This document shows, piece by piece, positions 35,961-49,043 of a DNA stretch of 64,000 nt. Source of the DNA: Chiloscyllium plagiosum (Eukaryota); the NCBI RefSeq assembly GCF_004010195.1, contig NC_057718.1, forward strand, positions 78,116,638 through 78,180,637, in the 5' to 3' direction. How positions within the stretch are numbered: position 1 is the first letter of the stretch; every line of letters begins with the position of its first letter. Made by a program: the position numbers and the translations under genes. Under the pieces are notes generated by a model. The model worked only from the letters and a program-made list of their open reading frames with translations, did no database searches and had not been told where the DNA came from.

Positions 35961-36977
35961 ATGACTATCTCAACAAATTTTGAAAACTGCAACGAGAAAC
36001 AGTTTTACGATACATCTGAAGTTACTTACACGGTTTCCGCAATTTTTTACAGCTTTATAGTTATAGTGGGAGTCCCGGAAAACGTTGCAGCACTTTATTT
36101 TTTAATATGCAAGAAAAAGGAACTGACTGAAGCTAAGATCTACATGATAAGTCTAACAGTGGCCGATCTCCTATTTGTTACATTTCTTCCTCTCTGGATT
36201 GATTACTATTATCGCAAAGGCAATTGGATCTTCACCAGCTTCGTGTGCAGCCTATGGGGATCGCTGTTCTACATCAACACATATAATACCATCTTCTTTC
36301 TGGCTGCCATCAGCTTTATTCGTTACCGCGCGGTCTCACAGCCGGTAACGGCAGCTCAGTCCAGACAGATTGTGAGAGGCTCAGTTTTAACTGCTTTAAT
36401 CTGGACGTTAACAGTTTGCTTTTCTTTACCGATTGTAATCAATCATGAAGATTACCTCATCAAAACAAACACTAGCAATGAAAGATGTTTTGAAAGTCAT
36501 GAAGCAAAAAATACCAAAACACAAGTAATCGTTATACATATGCTCATGGAGCTGGGTTTTGTCCTTAGTTTTGTCGTGGTCATCGCCAACAATGTCCTTA
36601 TCCTTCGAATACTATCGGCTGACCAGAAAGCATTGCGAACTTCGCAAAATAAGTTCAAGACCCGGGCTTCTCGGTTGGTGCTAATGGTCCTGATCATCTA
36701 CACGGTTTCGTTTCTACCTTACCATGTGGTCCATTTGCTTTGGACGCTTTTGGTCCTCAACTTCTGGAAATCTGACGACTGCGCTTTCAGGAAAACTGTC
36801 AACGATGTTCACCATATCTCCCTGTGCCTGATGTGTACCAACTGCATTCTGGATCCCATTCTTTACTGTTTCATGACAACAAATTTCAGACAATATTTTA
36901 AAGAATTAAGACAGTCCTTCACACGTAAATGCGTCCTCGGTAGAAGCCCTAAGCCGCAAGAAATTCAGCTGTCATGA
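35961..36977 (+). CDS. Platelet-activating factor receptor-like class A GPCR, 338 aa, single coding exon
   Basis: Seven hydrophobic segments. Motifs [31 protein letters not shown] and [24 protein letters not shown] parallel PTAFR ([42 protein letters not shown]). Intact ORF. Orthology unresolved, so no symbol given. Confidence 0.9.
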   Translation: [338 protein letters not shown]

Positions 36978-37345
36978 AATGTTACCCTAGTACGGTAACT
37001 TTATTATGTCAATACTTGACCCATCACCTGAAAATCACCGCTGCACAACTTGTGTGTTTTATCGCCAGTTCATATAGTTTACCATGAGAAAGAAAAGTTA
37101 GTCCTAAGTACATCTTATTTGCAAGATTTTAGATTTTTGAATATTTTAAAACAAGGAAAGAAGTATGAGATCAGAACAAAAAGTTTCTTCCTTTTAATAT
37201 TTGTGAAGCTTGTGATGTGGAGCATTTGAGGAATGTATTACAGCCTTCACTGAAGAGGTGGTAGTTCCCTCTTATTCAGTTCACGCAATGAGGGCAACAG
37301 ATAGGAAGTTAGAACTGGTTTCAGCAACTTTGAGCTGGAGGTGGA

Positions 37346-37351
37346 AATAAA
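37346..37351 (+). promoter_or_regulatory. Candidate polyadenylation signal of the GPCR
   Basis: First AATAAA downstream of the stop codon. Confidence 0.4.
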
Positions 37352-37719
37352 AGCATTGTTGGCCCCAATATTGATTTCCATTGCTAAGTGCACAGTGTTG
37401 AGAATAACAGCTTCATCCGAAATGCCATTTATGACATTTTACTCATGATTATGTATTATAAACATATCAACAAAGGCAGGAGAAAACTTTGGGCCCATCC
37501 AGCCTCACGCAACTCATGTGAGTTTTCATCATTTTATATGACGACAGCGCTCAAAAACCATATGATCTTCTCGAAGTAGCAAAAAACTCAGGTGGACTTG
37601 GTTGGACAAATTTTGGGTAATATAGCTCTGATTTGGGGCTTCTCCTCATTGCCAATTGCTAATGTCTCAGGAGTTCACTTTGACTGTGATAATATTGCGC
37701 AGTGCCTACACTTAACAGA

Positions 37720-39950
37720 AATATAGGAACAGGAATAGGCCATTATGCACCTTGACCTTGTTTCACGTTCAGGCCATAAGATTATCGCTGATATGCAATC
37801 TAATTGTATTTACCTGTCATTGGTCCATCCATAGAAACATAGAAAATAAGAGCAGTAGGCCATTCAACCCTTCAATGCTGCTCCACCATTCATTATGGTC
37901 ATGGCTGAACTTTGACTCAGTAGATTGTTTTCGCTTTCCCCCCTTACCCTTTAGCTCCAAATACTAACTCCAACTCCTTTTCAAAGTCTTGACTGCTTTC
38001 TGTGGGAGTAAATTCTACAGGCTCATCACTCTTAGGGTAAACAAATTTCTCCTCATGTCAGTACTAAATGGTTTACCACATATCCTTAGACTGTTACCAC
38101 AAAGATACTTAGACTATATGAATTAATTTACTCAGAATTATCACACAACTAGGATTATACTTTCCATAATTTAGAAGGTTATGGACGCTTTGATTGCAGT
38201 TTTCAATGTACTAGGGTCCATGGAAAAATTTAGGGCTGGTGGACAGCCTATCATTGGGAACATCCTTCCTGCATCTACCTTGTCTAGTCCTGTTAGAATT
38301 TTATAGGTGTCTGAGATCCCTCTTATTCTTCTGAATTCCAGTGAACATAATCCTAACTGATTCAACCTCTCCTCATACATCAGTCCCACCATACCAGGAA
38401 TGTGTCTGGTAAATCCTCTTAATCCCTTTGGTTAACAAAAATCTATTTGTCATGTTAGTAATTGATGTAGCATCTTTTATCATGAGCAAAAGAAAATTCC
38501 AAACTTGTACACTTCTTTGTATCAAAATGTTTCCTAGCTTCACACCTGAAAGGTCTTTTTTCCTTTTTAGGCTATGTCACCAGTCTTAGACACCCAACTA
38601 ATACAAATAGTTTATTTCCATTGACCTATTTCCTCTTATGACATTGAAAACTGCAATCAAAGCATCTCTAACCTTCTAAATTATGGGAAATGCAATCCTA
38701 GTATGTCTGATCATTCTGTGCAAATTAATTCATAGAGTCCAAGTATTATTGTTGTGAACATGCACTTCACTCCTTTCAAAACCATATCCTTCCTAAGGTG
38801 TGGTGCCTAGAATTCCAGGAGCTATCTAACTAGGTATTTGTTTAACTGTGGCATAGCTTCCAGTCTTCTTTATTTGAATTCTAAACATACAAGTCTTCAT
38901 TACCATTTTTTTTAATGACTTGCTGTATTTGTTCATGCCATTTTAATGATCTATATNNNNNNNNNNNNNNNNNNNNNNNNNNNNNNNNNNNNNNNNNNNN
39001 NNNNNNNNNNNNNNNNNNNNNNNNNNNNNNNNNNNNNNNNNNNNNNNNNNNNNNNNNNNNNNNNNNNNNNNNNNNNNNNNNNNNNNNNNNNNNNNNNNNN
39101 NNNNNNNNNNNNNNNNNNNNNNNNNNNNNNNNNNNNNNNNNNNNNNNNNNNNNNNNNNNNNNNNNNNNNNNNNNNNNNNNNNNNNNNNNNNNNNNNNNNN
39201 NNNNNNNNNNNNNNNNNNNNNNNNNNNNNNNNNNNNNNNNNNNNNNNNNNNNNNNNNNNNNNNNNNNNNNNNNNNNNNNNNNNNNNNNNNNNNNNNNNNN
39301 NNNNNNNNNNNNNNNNNNNNNNNNNNNNNNNNNNNNNNNNNNNNNNNNNNNNNNNNNNNNNNNNNNNNNNNNNNNNNNNNNNNNNNNNNNNNNNNNNNNN
39401 NNNNNNNNNNNNNNNNNNNNNNNNNNNNNNNNNNNNNNNNNNNNNNNNNNNNNNNNTTAATATTTTCTCCCTCACAATGTTTATCCCATCCAATATTTCA
39501 CACTCCTCCTTATATACTTTGTTTGTTTTCTCAAAAGAGAGGGACAAAGTATTCATTGAGAGCTATACCCGTGGTTTCTGCTTCCACATTCTTGCTACAT
39601 TTAGGGTCTCAGTTAGACCTATTATGTATAAAACATCTCTAGGCTTTTGTGACTTCATATGACAATTAATTTTCGTACAGTCTGTTTGATTTCCTAATTT
39701 CATTTCTAATTTAATCCCTATATTTTTTACTCTTGTAACTCAAGAGCCTAGATTTTTGCCCGTGAGGACATAATTGTCCAGAATCCCACTTTACCTCTTT
39801 GCTGAATGGTTTCCATTTTTCTGGCACAAATTTATCTTCAAGGAGGACTTTCCATCTCACTTTTACCAAGTCACATCTCAGGCTGGTAAAATTGACCTTT
39901 CACCAATTTAAAATGTTTATTATTGGACTGTGTTTGGTCCTTGACTGGAT
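37720..39950 (-). mobile_element. Degraded CR1-type fragments spanning an assembly gap
   Basis: Peptide MVGLMYEERLNQLGLCSLEFRRIRG..YKILTGLDKVDAGRMFP; CR1-type tails at about 37720 and 37830. Confidence 0.65.
38957..39456. other. Assembly gap (N run)
   Basis: Run of n. Confidence 1.
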
Positions 39951-40153
39951 CAGAAAAGACAAAATACTAATTTCTGAGTTTCATCTGCAGAAGTAAACAA
40001 AATCTCTGTGAATATCAGTAAATGGATAACAGAGTTGGCATTTACTGTTTGTTTATCCTTGCCATGAGAAGTTTGAAATAACCGACTAACTGTCTTAGCT
40101 ACTTCAGAGGGCATTTAAAAGTGAATCATTGTGATATTAGATTGGCACGGCAT

Positions 40154-40794
40154 TATTATGGACCAGGCCAGACCCTCTCAAAACACTTCAAGAAGGTAGC
40201 CCAGAACCTAACTTTTCTAGTTATTTTAAACAGGTGTAGAATGGATAATCTAGGAATTATGCAGCTGACCCAACCACTCAGTTTTAAACAAAACAGAATT
40301 TATTTAGAGACTACTGAATGAAACACAATCAAAAGAGAACTGAACTTAGAATAACAATCTATCTGAAAAGCCAAACGACTCTATCGCAACTTGGTGATGT
40401 TGTTCAAAATACTTGCAACATCTCCATAAACGCCCCCTTTGCAAAAAAAGGTAAAATCAAACATAGGTTTTTACAGGAAAGATGACAGAGAGAGAGGATT
40501 AGTATGGAACTGCTTCTTTGGGTCCCCAGCAGCTTCTCTGAGTTCCCAGCTAAACCTTGACCAGCAGCCGCAAACAAAACAGCTTGCTAAAACCAAACCA
40601 AACCAAACCAAACCCAACCCAACCCTGAACTGGGAGAACTGGCCACTCCCCTTTCATTATAAAAGTGTTCCAAAAAGCACTTAAAACCTTTATCAAGTAG
40701 ATATTTATAGACATATCAGAATGTCTGTCTTTACAACCCTTCTGAAAAAAAATCAAGGTCAAAATACTCTTGTTAAAGGAGCAGCATCGACACG
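40154..40794 (-). repeat. 3' LTR of the Gmr1-like element, with adjacent polypurine tract (40795-40805)
   Basis: Direct repeat of 45706-46270. CCCTCTCCTT abuts it (AAGGAGAGGG on the minus strand). Confidence 0.88.
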
Positions 40795-43700
40795 CCCTCT
40801 CCTTAAAAAAAACCATCAATATCCAAAGATGATTTCATTTAAAGAACGCCTTAATCTTGCACTGTTAGTACACTACAACACACATATATTTTACATTGAC
40901 TATAAACAAGCAAACATGCACCACTACATTCTGTTTCAATTTGTTTTACTCCTGCCATCGAACACCTCCGTTTCCCATCCGAGTCTCGACAATGCATCGG
41001 CAATCACATTTTCTCATCCTGTCACATGCACAATTTTCAAATTGAATGGCTGTAACAACAAGTTTCCATCTAAACAGTCTGAAATTTTCTCCTTAAATTT
41101 CTCCACAAACTTCGATAGATTATGATCAGTGTATATGATTCTCTCAGATACATTACTGGTAACCTAAACGTTGAAATGTTGTAATGCCAACACCAATATC
41201 AAAATCTCCTCCTCAACTGTTTCTGCTGATGAATGTTCAATTTCCTGAAGAAATGTCTGATAGGTCTTTCTATCTTCTCATCGTGTTTCTGTAAGAGCGC
41301 AGCACTGACACGCACATCACTCGCATTGATAGCCACTTTGAATGGCTTTGCGTAATTAGGTGTGGCTAACATGAGAGTGGTTAACATAGCTTTCAGGCTG
41401 TCAAATGTCTTCAGGCAGTCCGCTGTTCACTGAAACTTCTTGCCTTTCTTTAGTAATTCAGTGAGTAGAGCAGCCATACTCTAACATTTGGTACAAATTT
41501 CCAATAAAACCCATTCAATCCCAGGAATCGTGGCACTGCCAATCACTTTTGTTTTGCATTCCATGGGGCCATTTGTCCAATAACATGGCCCAGGAAGGTG
41601 ACATGAGCTTTGGCAAATTTACTTTTAGTCAGATTTATCATCAAACCTGCCTTCCAAAGTCGATCGAACAATTTTGATAAATGTTGCAAATGTTCCTTCC
41701 ATATGTGACTAAAAATCACCAGGTCATCAATATATACCACACAACTGGGTAATCCAGAAACAACCTTATTGGTTAGTCTTTGAAATGTGGCTGGTGCATT
41801 TTTCATACCAAATGGCATGACTTTAAACTGATACAGTCCATTCATCGTTACAAAAGCTGAAATTGACTTTGCCCTTTTGGACATAGATACCTGCCAGTAC
41901 CCTCTAAGCAAGTCCAACTTAGAAATATAACTTGCTTGTCCCGCATTTTCAATACAGCCTTCCAAATGTGGAATCGGATATGCATCAGTATTTGTAATTG
42001 CATTGATGTTGCGATAATCCATACATAACTGTTGGGTACCATCTGGTTTTGGCTCCAATCACTGTAACTCATGTTGATTATGTCATCTTGGAGCATGCGT
42101 TCAATCTCCTTTTGAACCTGTGCAAACTTTAGACGGTTATGTCTATAAGGGTGTTGCTTAAGCGGAACAGTATTTCCTATATCTATATCACGCATCATTA
42201 GGTTAGTACTTCCCAGCTTATTACCACATAGTTCCCTGTATAATAGCAATAATTCTTTCAGGTCATTTAGATTTTCCTCTGGGTGATAACTCAATAATGT
42301 ATCCCAATTTTTGATAACTTCCTCATTGTCCAATTTAATTTGAGGAATGTCCAATTCAGAATCCTCTGAAGTTGGTTCTTCCCTTTGTGTTGTAACCAAT
42401 AACAGTCTACTTTGACTTTCCTTTTCTGTCTAAATACTTTTTAAGCATATTCACATGACACACTCTGTGAGATTTCTTTCTGTTATGAGTCCTTATCAAA
42501 TAGTTCATCTCCTTTTGACTTGATAAGGCCCACTAAACCTTGCTTTCCACCTATCACTGGAAGTGACACTAACACCTTATCCCGGATAGCAAAATTGTGA
42601 GTTTTTGATTTCTTGTCTGCTTCCCATTTCATTGTATGCTGTGATATTTTTAAACGCTGTCTAGGCAGTTCCCCCACTCTATTTAATCATTCCCTAAAAT
42701 TTGACACATAGTCCAAATATGTGGTCTCAGAATTCTGACTTAACAATTTCTCCTTAATCAATTTTAGTGGTTCTCGCACTTCATGGCCAAAAACTAATCC
42801 AAATAGACTGAGTTTGGTCAATTCATTTGGTGCATCTCTGATGGCAAAACGTACAAACAGAATTCCTTTATCCCAGTCATCCGGATAATCTTGACTCTAA
42901 GCCCTCAACATGGTCTTTAATATTTGATGCCACCTTTCTAGCATTCCCTGTGATTCTGGATAGTATGCACTGAATTTGAAGTGTTTTATTCCTAAGACGT
43001 CCATAACTTCCTTGAATAAGTTTGATGTGAAGTTTGACCATTGATCTGATTATACCTCTGTGAGTAGTCTGTACCTAGTGAAAATTTTGAGTTTTAGCTG
43101 TGATATTGAGTAATGGAATAGCCTGTGGAAATCTAGTGGACATACCCATATTGTTAACAAATACTGATTCCTACTTTTTGTTTTAGGTAGGGATCCTACA
43201 CAATCAATTAAGACCCTTGTAAAAGGTTCCTCAAATGCAGGAATAGGTATTGAAGATGTGGGTTCTATTTCTGCCTGTGGTTTTCCAATTACTGCCTGTG
43301 GTTTTCCAATTACTGACATGTATGACAAGTTTAGCAAAATTCAACTATATCCTTGTGCTAGTAAACTTTTTTTTTAAATTTTAGCTTGTGTTTTTCTTAT
43401 CTCTAAATGACCTCCTACTGGTAGTTCATGTGCTACCCACATAACCGCCTTTCTATAACCCTCTGGCAATGCGACTTGATTAATTTCTGCTCATTTCTCA
43501 TGTGCTTGAATATATAGTAGCACACCAAGATGCATCTTCCATTTATGCTTTTTGATGCAATTAGTTTAGTTACTTATCTTTCTGATGTAACTCAGTTAAT
43601 TTCTGAGTTATTAAATTTCTCAGTTAATAACAGAAGTCTGTTTTGTCATCTATTTGCTCCTGTTTTGTCTCAACAGTTTAATCAAACAGGGTCTCTGATA

Positions 43701-45091
43701 ATTCCACTTTGACTTTCTTATCTGAACTCTTTGATCTCTCCTGTTTCAACCTGTGACTTTGTGACCTCTTTAACACACAGTCAGGAAAAGTCCCAGGATA
43801 TGATTCCTGTAATGGTTCAGTTGCCTGAGTTTCCACTGGCTTTTCAACCACAGTAGGCAGCACTCCTACCGGTGAATCAGCTATATCATTAGCAAGGATG
43901 AATTGTATTCCTGGAGCTAAGAGTTTGTCCAGTACTCCTACCATGACTTCTCCACTTTTCACTGGACACTCTAACCACCTCTACATAATTGAGCACTTCT
44001 TGTCTCACCATGAATTCCTGTTATTAGCACTTTTTCTGGCAATACTCCTTCAGAGGTATATATCTCCTCATCTTTCAACATCAAAGATTGAGAGGATCCT
44101 GTATTTCTTAATATTGTAACCTCTTTACCTACTGCTCCTGGCCTATGCAAATAAACTTTAGCTTTGCAGCTAAAGGTCTGGCACTTCCTCCTTAACCAAC
44201 CTCCAACCAGCTTTTGGTGCTGCTTTCTCGCCTCTACTGTGCTTTCCGTTACCACTCCAACTAAATTCACTGGCTTATCCTGTTTTCCTACATCTGGCTT
44301 CCCAGTACTTTTCCTAACCCACCAACATTATGATTTTGTTTAGCCTACTTTGTCACAGTGAAAACACCGGAGCTTTTTAACTTCTCTTTCCCGTTCAATT
44401 GTTTCCTCTTTACCCTGTGGTAAGTTATCCTTATGATCTTCACCGAGATCTACCTTTCCCTGACCATATGAAGACTTCTCTTTTCCCCAATTGCTATCCC
44501 TCATGGATTGAAATTGATGTTAGAAGTTAAATTTTGGTTTATGAACCAACTTATAATCATCAGCCATTTCAGCTGTCCTTTCACATGAGTTCTCACTACC
44601 TCAGGAAGTGAATTTTTGAACTCTTCCAAAATAATCATTTCTCTATGAGCAGCATAGGTTTGCTCTATTCTTCATGCCCTTATCCACCTATCAAAATCAC
44701 TTTGTTTGTACCTTTCAAACTCAATGTAGATTTGACCACGGTCCCGTTTAGGTTCCTGAGACATTGTCTGTTGGCCTCTAGTACAAGCTCATTTGCATTT
44801 AAAATGGTTATCTTCACTCATATGTCCTAGGTACCTCCTCTGACAGTGATGCAAATACCACACGGGCTCTACCTACAAGTTTTATTTTGACCAACAAAAC
44901 CCACGTGGTCACTGTCACTGCATTTGTTTAGCCACCTTTTCAAATGAGATGAAAAACGCTTCTACATTCCTTCTCATCAAATTTAGGCAATGCTTGAATA
45001 TATTTAAACAGTTTCTCACCAGGTTTGCTCTTCCTCACTCTCTTTCTCATTAAGCTTACCTTCAGCATTCATCTCTATCCTTTTAGGTTCG

Positions 45092-45140
45092 ATTAGATTA
45101 GAATAGATTCCCTATAGTATGGAAACAGGCCATTTGGCCC
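45092..45140 (-). mobile_element. Short SINE/CR1 3'-tail insertion within gag
   Basis: GATTAGATTAGAATAGATTCCCTATAGTATGGAAACAGGCCATTTGGCCC matches the SINE tail at 56635-56690. Confidence 0.7.
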
Positions 45141-45705
45141 ATTTTAAGCTGACTTTCCTGTAAGGGCCAATTTCTGAAGTGCAAGCTCGCTTTCTTCCTT
45201 TCGTCTCTCTCTTCTCTGTTTCTTTTTGTTCTTCTAAGGCCTTTTGTTCTTTTTCTCTTTCCTCTATTTTTGCTAGTGATTCAAACAGTTTCATTTCTTT
45301 TTCACTTCTTTTTCTTTTGCCTCTACATAAAGCTGCTTCATTCTCAATTGAACTTTAGCCATTTCCAAAGATTCTGATGGCGTTTCCAGCAAATTTAAAT
45401 GCTGAGCTATTGCTGTAATTATCTCTCTTTTCCTCATGGAAGGAGGCAGCTCCAATTCCAGTTTGACTGTCAATTCCAGCAGATTTTCCTTGTTCACCTT
45501 TTGTAATGCTCCCAGCGTCACTTCTTGCACCCCCAGAAAACTCTTAGTGAATGAAAGAGCCATTACCACACCAAGCACTGTTTGAACCAACCGAATTCAA
45601 CGCCCAGAACAAAGACACTCACATCTAACACTCACTGCCCTTGAGTCCAGCAACCATAAACCCAATTTGAAACTATAGAACAAATCCTGCAAAGAGCACC
45701 CAATT

Positions 45706-46270
45706 TGTCATGGACCAGGCCAGACCCCCTCAAAACATTTCAAGAAGGTAGCCTGGACACTCTGGGAGGTGATGCAGCTGGCCCAACCACTCAGTTCTAA
45801 ACAAAACAGAATAGATTTACAGACACTGAATGAAACACGAACAAAAGAGAACCAAATTTAGAATAACACCCTATTGGAAAAGCCGGTCGACTCTATCGCA
45901 ACTTAATGATGCTGTTCCAAATACAGTACTTACAACATCCCCATAAACACCTCCTTTGCAAAACAAAGTAAAATCAAACACAGGTTCTTACAGAAGAGAT
46001 GACAGAGAGATAGGGGGAGAGGATCAGCATGGAACTGATCAGCATGGGTCCCCAGCAGCTGCAAACAAAACAGCTTGCTAAAACTAAACCAAACCAAACT
46101 CTAAACTGGGAAAATTGGCCACTCCCCTTTCATTGTACAAGTGTTCTAAAAAAAATTGAAAAGCTTTTTTCATGTAGATATTTCCAGACATATCAGAACT
46201 TCTGCCTTTACGACCTGTCTGAAAAAAACCAAGGACAACATAACCTTCTTAAAGGAGCAACATTGTCACA
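45706..46270 (-). repeat. 5' LTR of the Gmr1-like element, with a degenerate tRNA-Pro-type PBS at about 45685-45703
   Basis: Ends TGTCATGG...GTCACA. The minus-strand TGGGTGCTCTTTGCAGGAT resembles TGGGGGCTCGTCCGGGAT. Confidence 0.88.
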
Positions 46271-46582
46271 GTATCAACAATCAATATAATTGTTGCTTCC
46301 ATAACCTCTCCATGATTGTCTTTATACTATTTAAATCTGCACGATGGGTGTATTTCATTGGCTTCCACAACCCATCCAAATGGAGGAGCTACCCACACCT
46401 ACCAGATGTGAGTATGATACTTTGATATCGCTGGGTATTCTTCATTTGGATTTTTTAAGTGATCAAAGGAGTATTTCAACATTGAATCCTATTTCTGATT
46501 CAGAGTGAAAACGAAAACCACTAAAACCAATGTTTCATCCCAGGTGATGTACAGTTATTGTAGTGGGATGTAATAAAAGGCT

Positions 46583-46788
46583 GAAAATGTGTTGCTGGAA
46601 AAGCGCAGCAGGTCAGGCAGCATCCAAGGAACAGGAGAATCGACGTTTCGGGCATAAGCCCTTCTTCAGGGCTTATGCCCGAAACGTCGATTCTCCTGTT
46701 CCTTGGATGCTGCCTGACCTGCTGCGCTTTTCCAGCAACACATTTTCAGCTCTCATCTCCACCATCTGCAGTCCTCACTTTCTCCTGG
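46583..46788. mobile_element. Penelope-like fold-back cassette, family A, intact core on the minus strand
   Basis: Near-perfect inverted arms of about 82 bp centred near 46665. TSD AATAAAAGGCT at 46572-46582 and 46789-46799. Confidence 0.9.
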
Positions 46789-47234
46789 AATAAAAGGCTA
46801 ATGGAACAAAACAGCTGGAAATGTGATGATGATAAATGAAATTTCATGTGGGGTACTTAGGAGGATATAAACTGAGAAAAAGAGAAAGCAGCCAAACCAT
46901 TTCTGATGCAACTAACTAAATTAAACTTGCATCATTTGACTATCCAATGTAGCAAAAACCCAATTGTGTTTCAGAGCCTCTCAAATAAACAGCTGAGTAA
47001 GCCCCATTTGTAGAACTTCTGTTTTCCCATACAAAATGCACCATTTCTCCTGATATCCTAAAGAGATTATGTGCAGCTGGCAGGCCCAAGGTCTAGATCC
47101 ACTCCGGTATGCAGAGGTAGTGCTGAGACTAAACCAGCTAAAATTGCACAATTTACCAGCATATATCATTGACACGTCTTCAATTACTTATCCACATGGA
47201 AGACCATTTGAACCATAAGGAATTGACTTATGGA

Positions 47235-48095
47235 TCATAGAGCCATAGGTGTCTACAGGTAGAAAAGACCCTTTAGCCCATCATGGCGGTATTGGTTAAA
47301 AACAATCAACTAACTATTCAAACCCCATTTTTCAGCTCTTAGCTTATAGTCTTGTAAACCTGGGCATCGCAAGCGCACATCTAAATACTCCTTAAATGTT
47401 ATAAAGTTTTCTGCCTCAATCACATTTAACAGCAGTGAGTTTCAGATTCCCACCACCCTCTGGGTGGAAAAAATGTTTCCTCACCTTGCCTCTAAAATTT
47501 CTGCTCTTTACCTTAAGTCTATGACCCTAGTCATTGATCCCTCCATCAAGGAGAAAAGTTCCTTCCTGTGTACCATCTCTTTACCCCTCATCCATCTCAA
47601 TTGTCTCACAACCTCTCTGTCTCCTTTGCTCTAAGGAAAACAACCCCAGTCTATACAATCTCCTTCGCTACTAAAAGTCTGCAGATCTGGCAACATCCTA
47701 GTAAATCTCCTCTGCACCCTCTCCAGGGTAATAGCATTCCTTCTATCTTGTGGATTCCAGAACTGCACACATTACTCTAGCTATGGTCTCATTAGCATTT
47801 ACAGTTCTAGAAGACCACCCTGCCCTTAAACTCTACACCTCAAATAATAAAGACAAGTATTCCATGTGCCTTCTTAACCACATTTCCAACCTGTCCTGCC
47901 ACCTAAGGGTCCCTAATGTCCTCCTAAGTCTTTGGTGCTCCCCAGGGTCCTACCATTCATCATTTAATCACTTGCTTTGGTTGTCCTGCCCAAATGTATC
48001 ACTACACCCAGATCAAATTCCATTTTCCACTGATCAGCCCATCTATATCTTCCTATAATCTAAGGCTATACTCCTCACTATTTATCACTCCATCA
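47235..48095 (-). mobile_element. Old CR1-type LINE 3' fragment
   Basis: Collinear with the other CR1 3' ends (CAACATCCTAGTAAATCTCCTCTGCACCCTCTCCAG, CAGAACTGCACAC). Confidence 0.75.
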
Positions 48096-48831
48096 ATCAT
48101 CTGGAACAAAGTGGGAAAAATTCCAGCTCCCAGCGAGGGACTCACCTCTTTTGATTGGGTGTCATACCATCAGCAGTAGCCTGGGGTCATGCATTCTGTA
48201 CAGGTCAGCTGTGACATTATTGTATCCATTACAGCAGGTTCAATGAATTGCAATGAGCCAGATACCAAGGAGTCCTTAGTTCCTTTTTAAGAGGGAGGCT
48301 CATGTGTTACTTATCAGATGGGTACAGGTTTGAGTATGGCATGGGTAAGCACCAAGAAAATCTGAGGGTGTCATAACAGCTGAAAATGCATGCTTATAAC
48401 ATTAAAACATGGTTTCACTTGTTGGAAGCACAGAGTGTGCTTTAGTTACTTGACACTTTCTAGACCTACTGCTCTGGATGTAATAGCTGTTCTAATTTCC
48501 AATCTCCTGGCAATGTCCTTCAGCTGCAATCTTCTAACAATTATCATACTAATATGGAAGGGCCTACACAGAGTAGCCTGCATTGTCCCAGTGTCCGAAC
48601 CCTATGTGCATACTCCAGAGCCACACCAATGTGGTTGACTCTCCACAGCCCTCTGAAATAGTCTAGCAAGTCAGTTGTAACAATTGCTACAAAGTCTCAA
48701 CAAAGACATTAAACCATTTGGAACATCGGGCATTGACCGAGGCACCAGAAACAACAACAGCAAAAACAGCCCTGTCAATCCTGCAAAGTCCCCTTACTAA
48801 CATCCTGGAGATAAATGCCAAAATTGGGAGA

Positions 48832-49043
48832 CAGTGAGGTCTGCAGATGCTGGAGATCAGAGTTGAGAGTGTGTTGCTGGAAAAGCACAGCAGGTCAGGC
48901 AGCATCTGAGGAGCAGGAAAATCGCGTTTCAGGCCAGAGCCCTTCATCATACTCCTGATGAAGGGCTCTGGCCTGAAACATCAATTTTCCTGTTCCTAGG
49001 TTGCTGCCTGACCTACTGTGCTTTTCCAGCAACACATTCTCAA
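48832..49043. mobile_element. Penelope-like fold-back cassette, family A
   Basis: Inverted arms around 48950. Core CTGATGA-A-GGGCTCTGGCCT-GAAA-CATC at 48955-48982. TSD CCAAAA(T/C)TGGGAGA at 48818-48831 and 49044-49057. Confidence 0.88.

Larger units (their letters stand above)
40154..46270 (-). mobile_element. Full-length degenerate Gmr1-like Ty3/Gypsy LTR retrotransposon (gag-PR-INT-RT-RH)
   Basis: Two LTRs, PBS, PPT and a gcat/gtat TSD. gag at about 45590-44300 with a decayed knuckle CFHCDKVG. Protease ILRNTGSSQS at about 44100. Integrase LIDCVG..SDQWSNF..SQGMLERWHQ at 43200-42900. RT LDLLRGYWQ..MPFGMKNAPATFQR..YIDD at 42060-41540. RNase H KPFKVAINASD at about 41350. Confidence 0.92.

Noticed and set aside
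38915..39662. Long ORFs across N runs (also at 50795-51844 and 61169-62219)
   Set aside because: Artefacts of translating assembly gaps.
43272..43316. Small tandem duplications (21 bp here; also about 22545-22576 and 5908-5936)
   Set aside because: Ordinary slippage mutations in decayed or intronic sequence.
46583..46788. Pre-miRNA or DNA-transposon MITE interpretation of the hairpins
   Set aside because: Asymmetric arms, variable 11-15 bp TSDs and the link to a GIY-YIG remnant favour Penelope-derived retro-insertions. Small-RNA production is not excluded.
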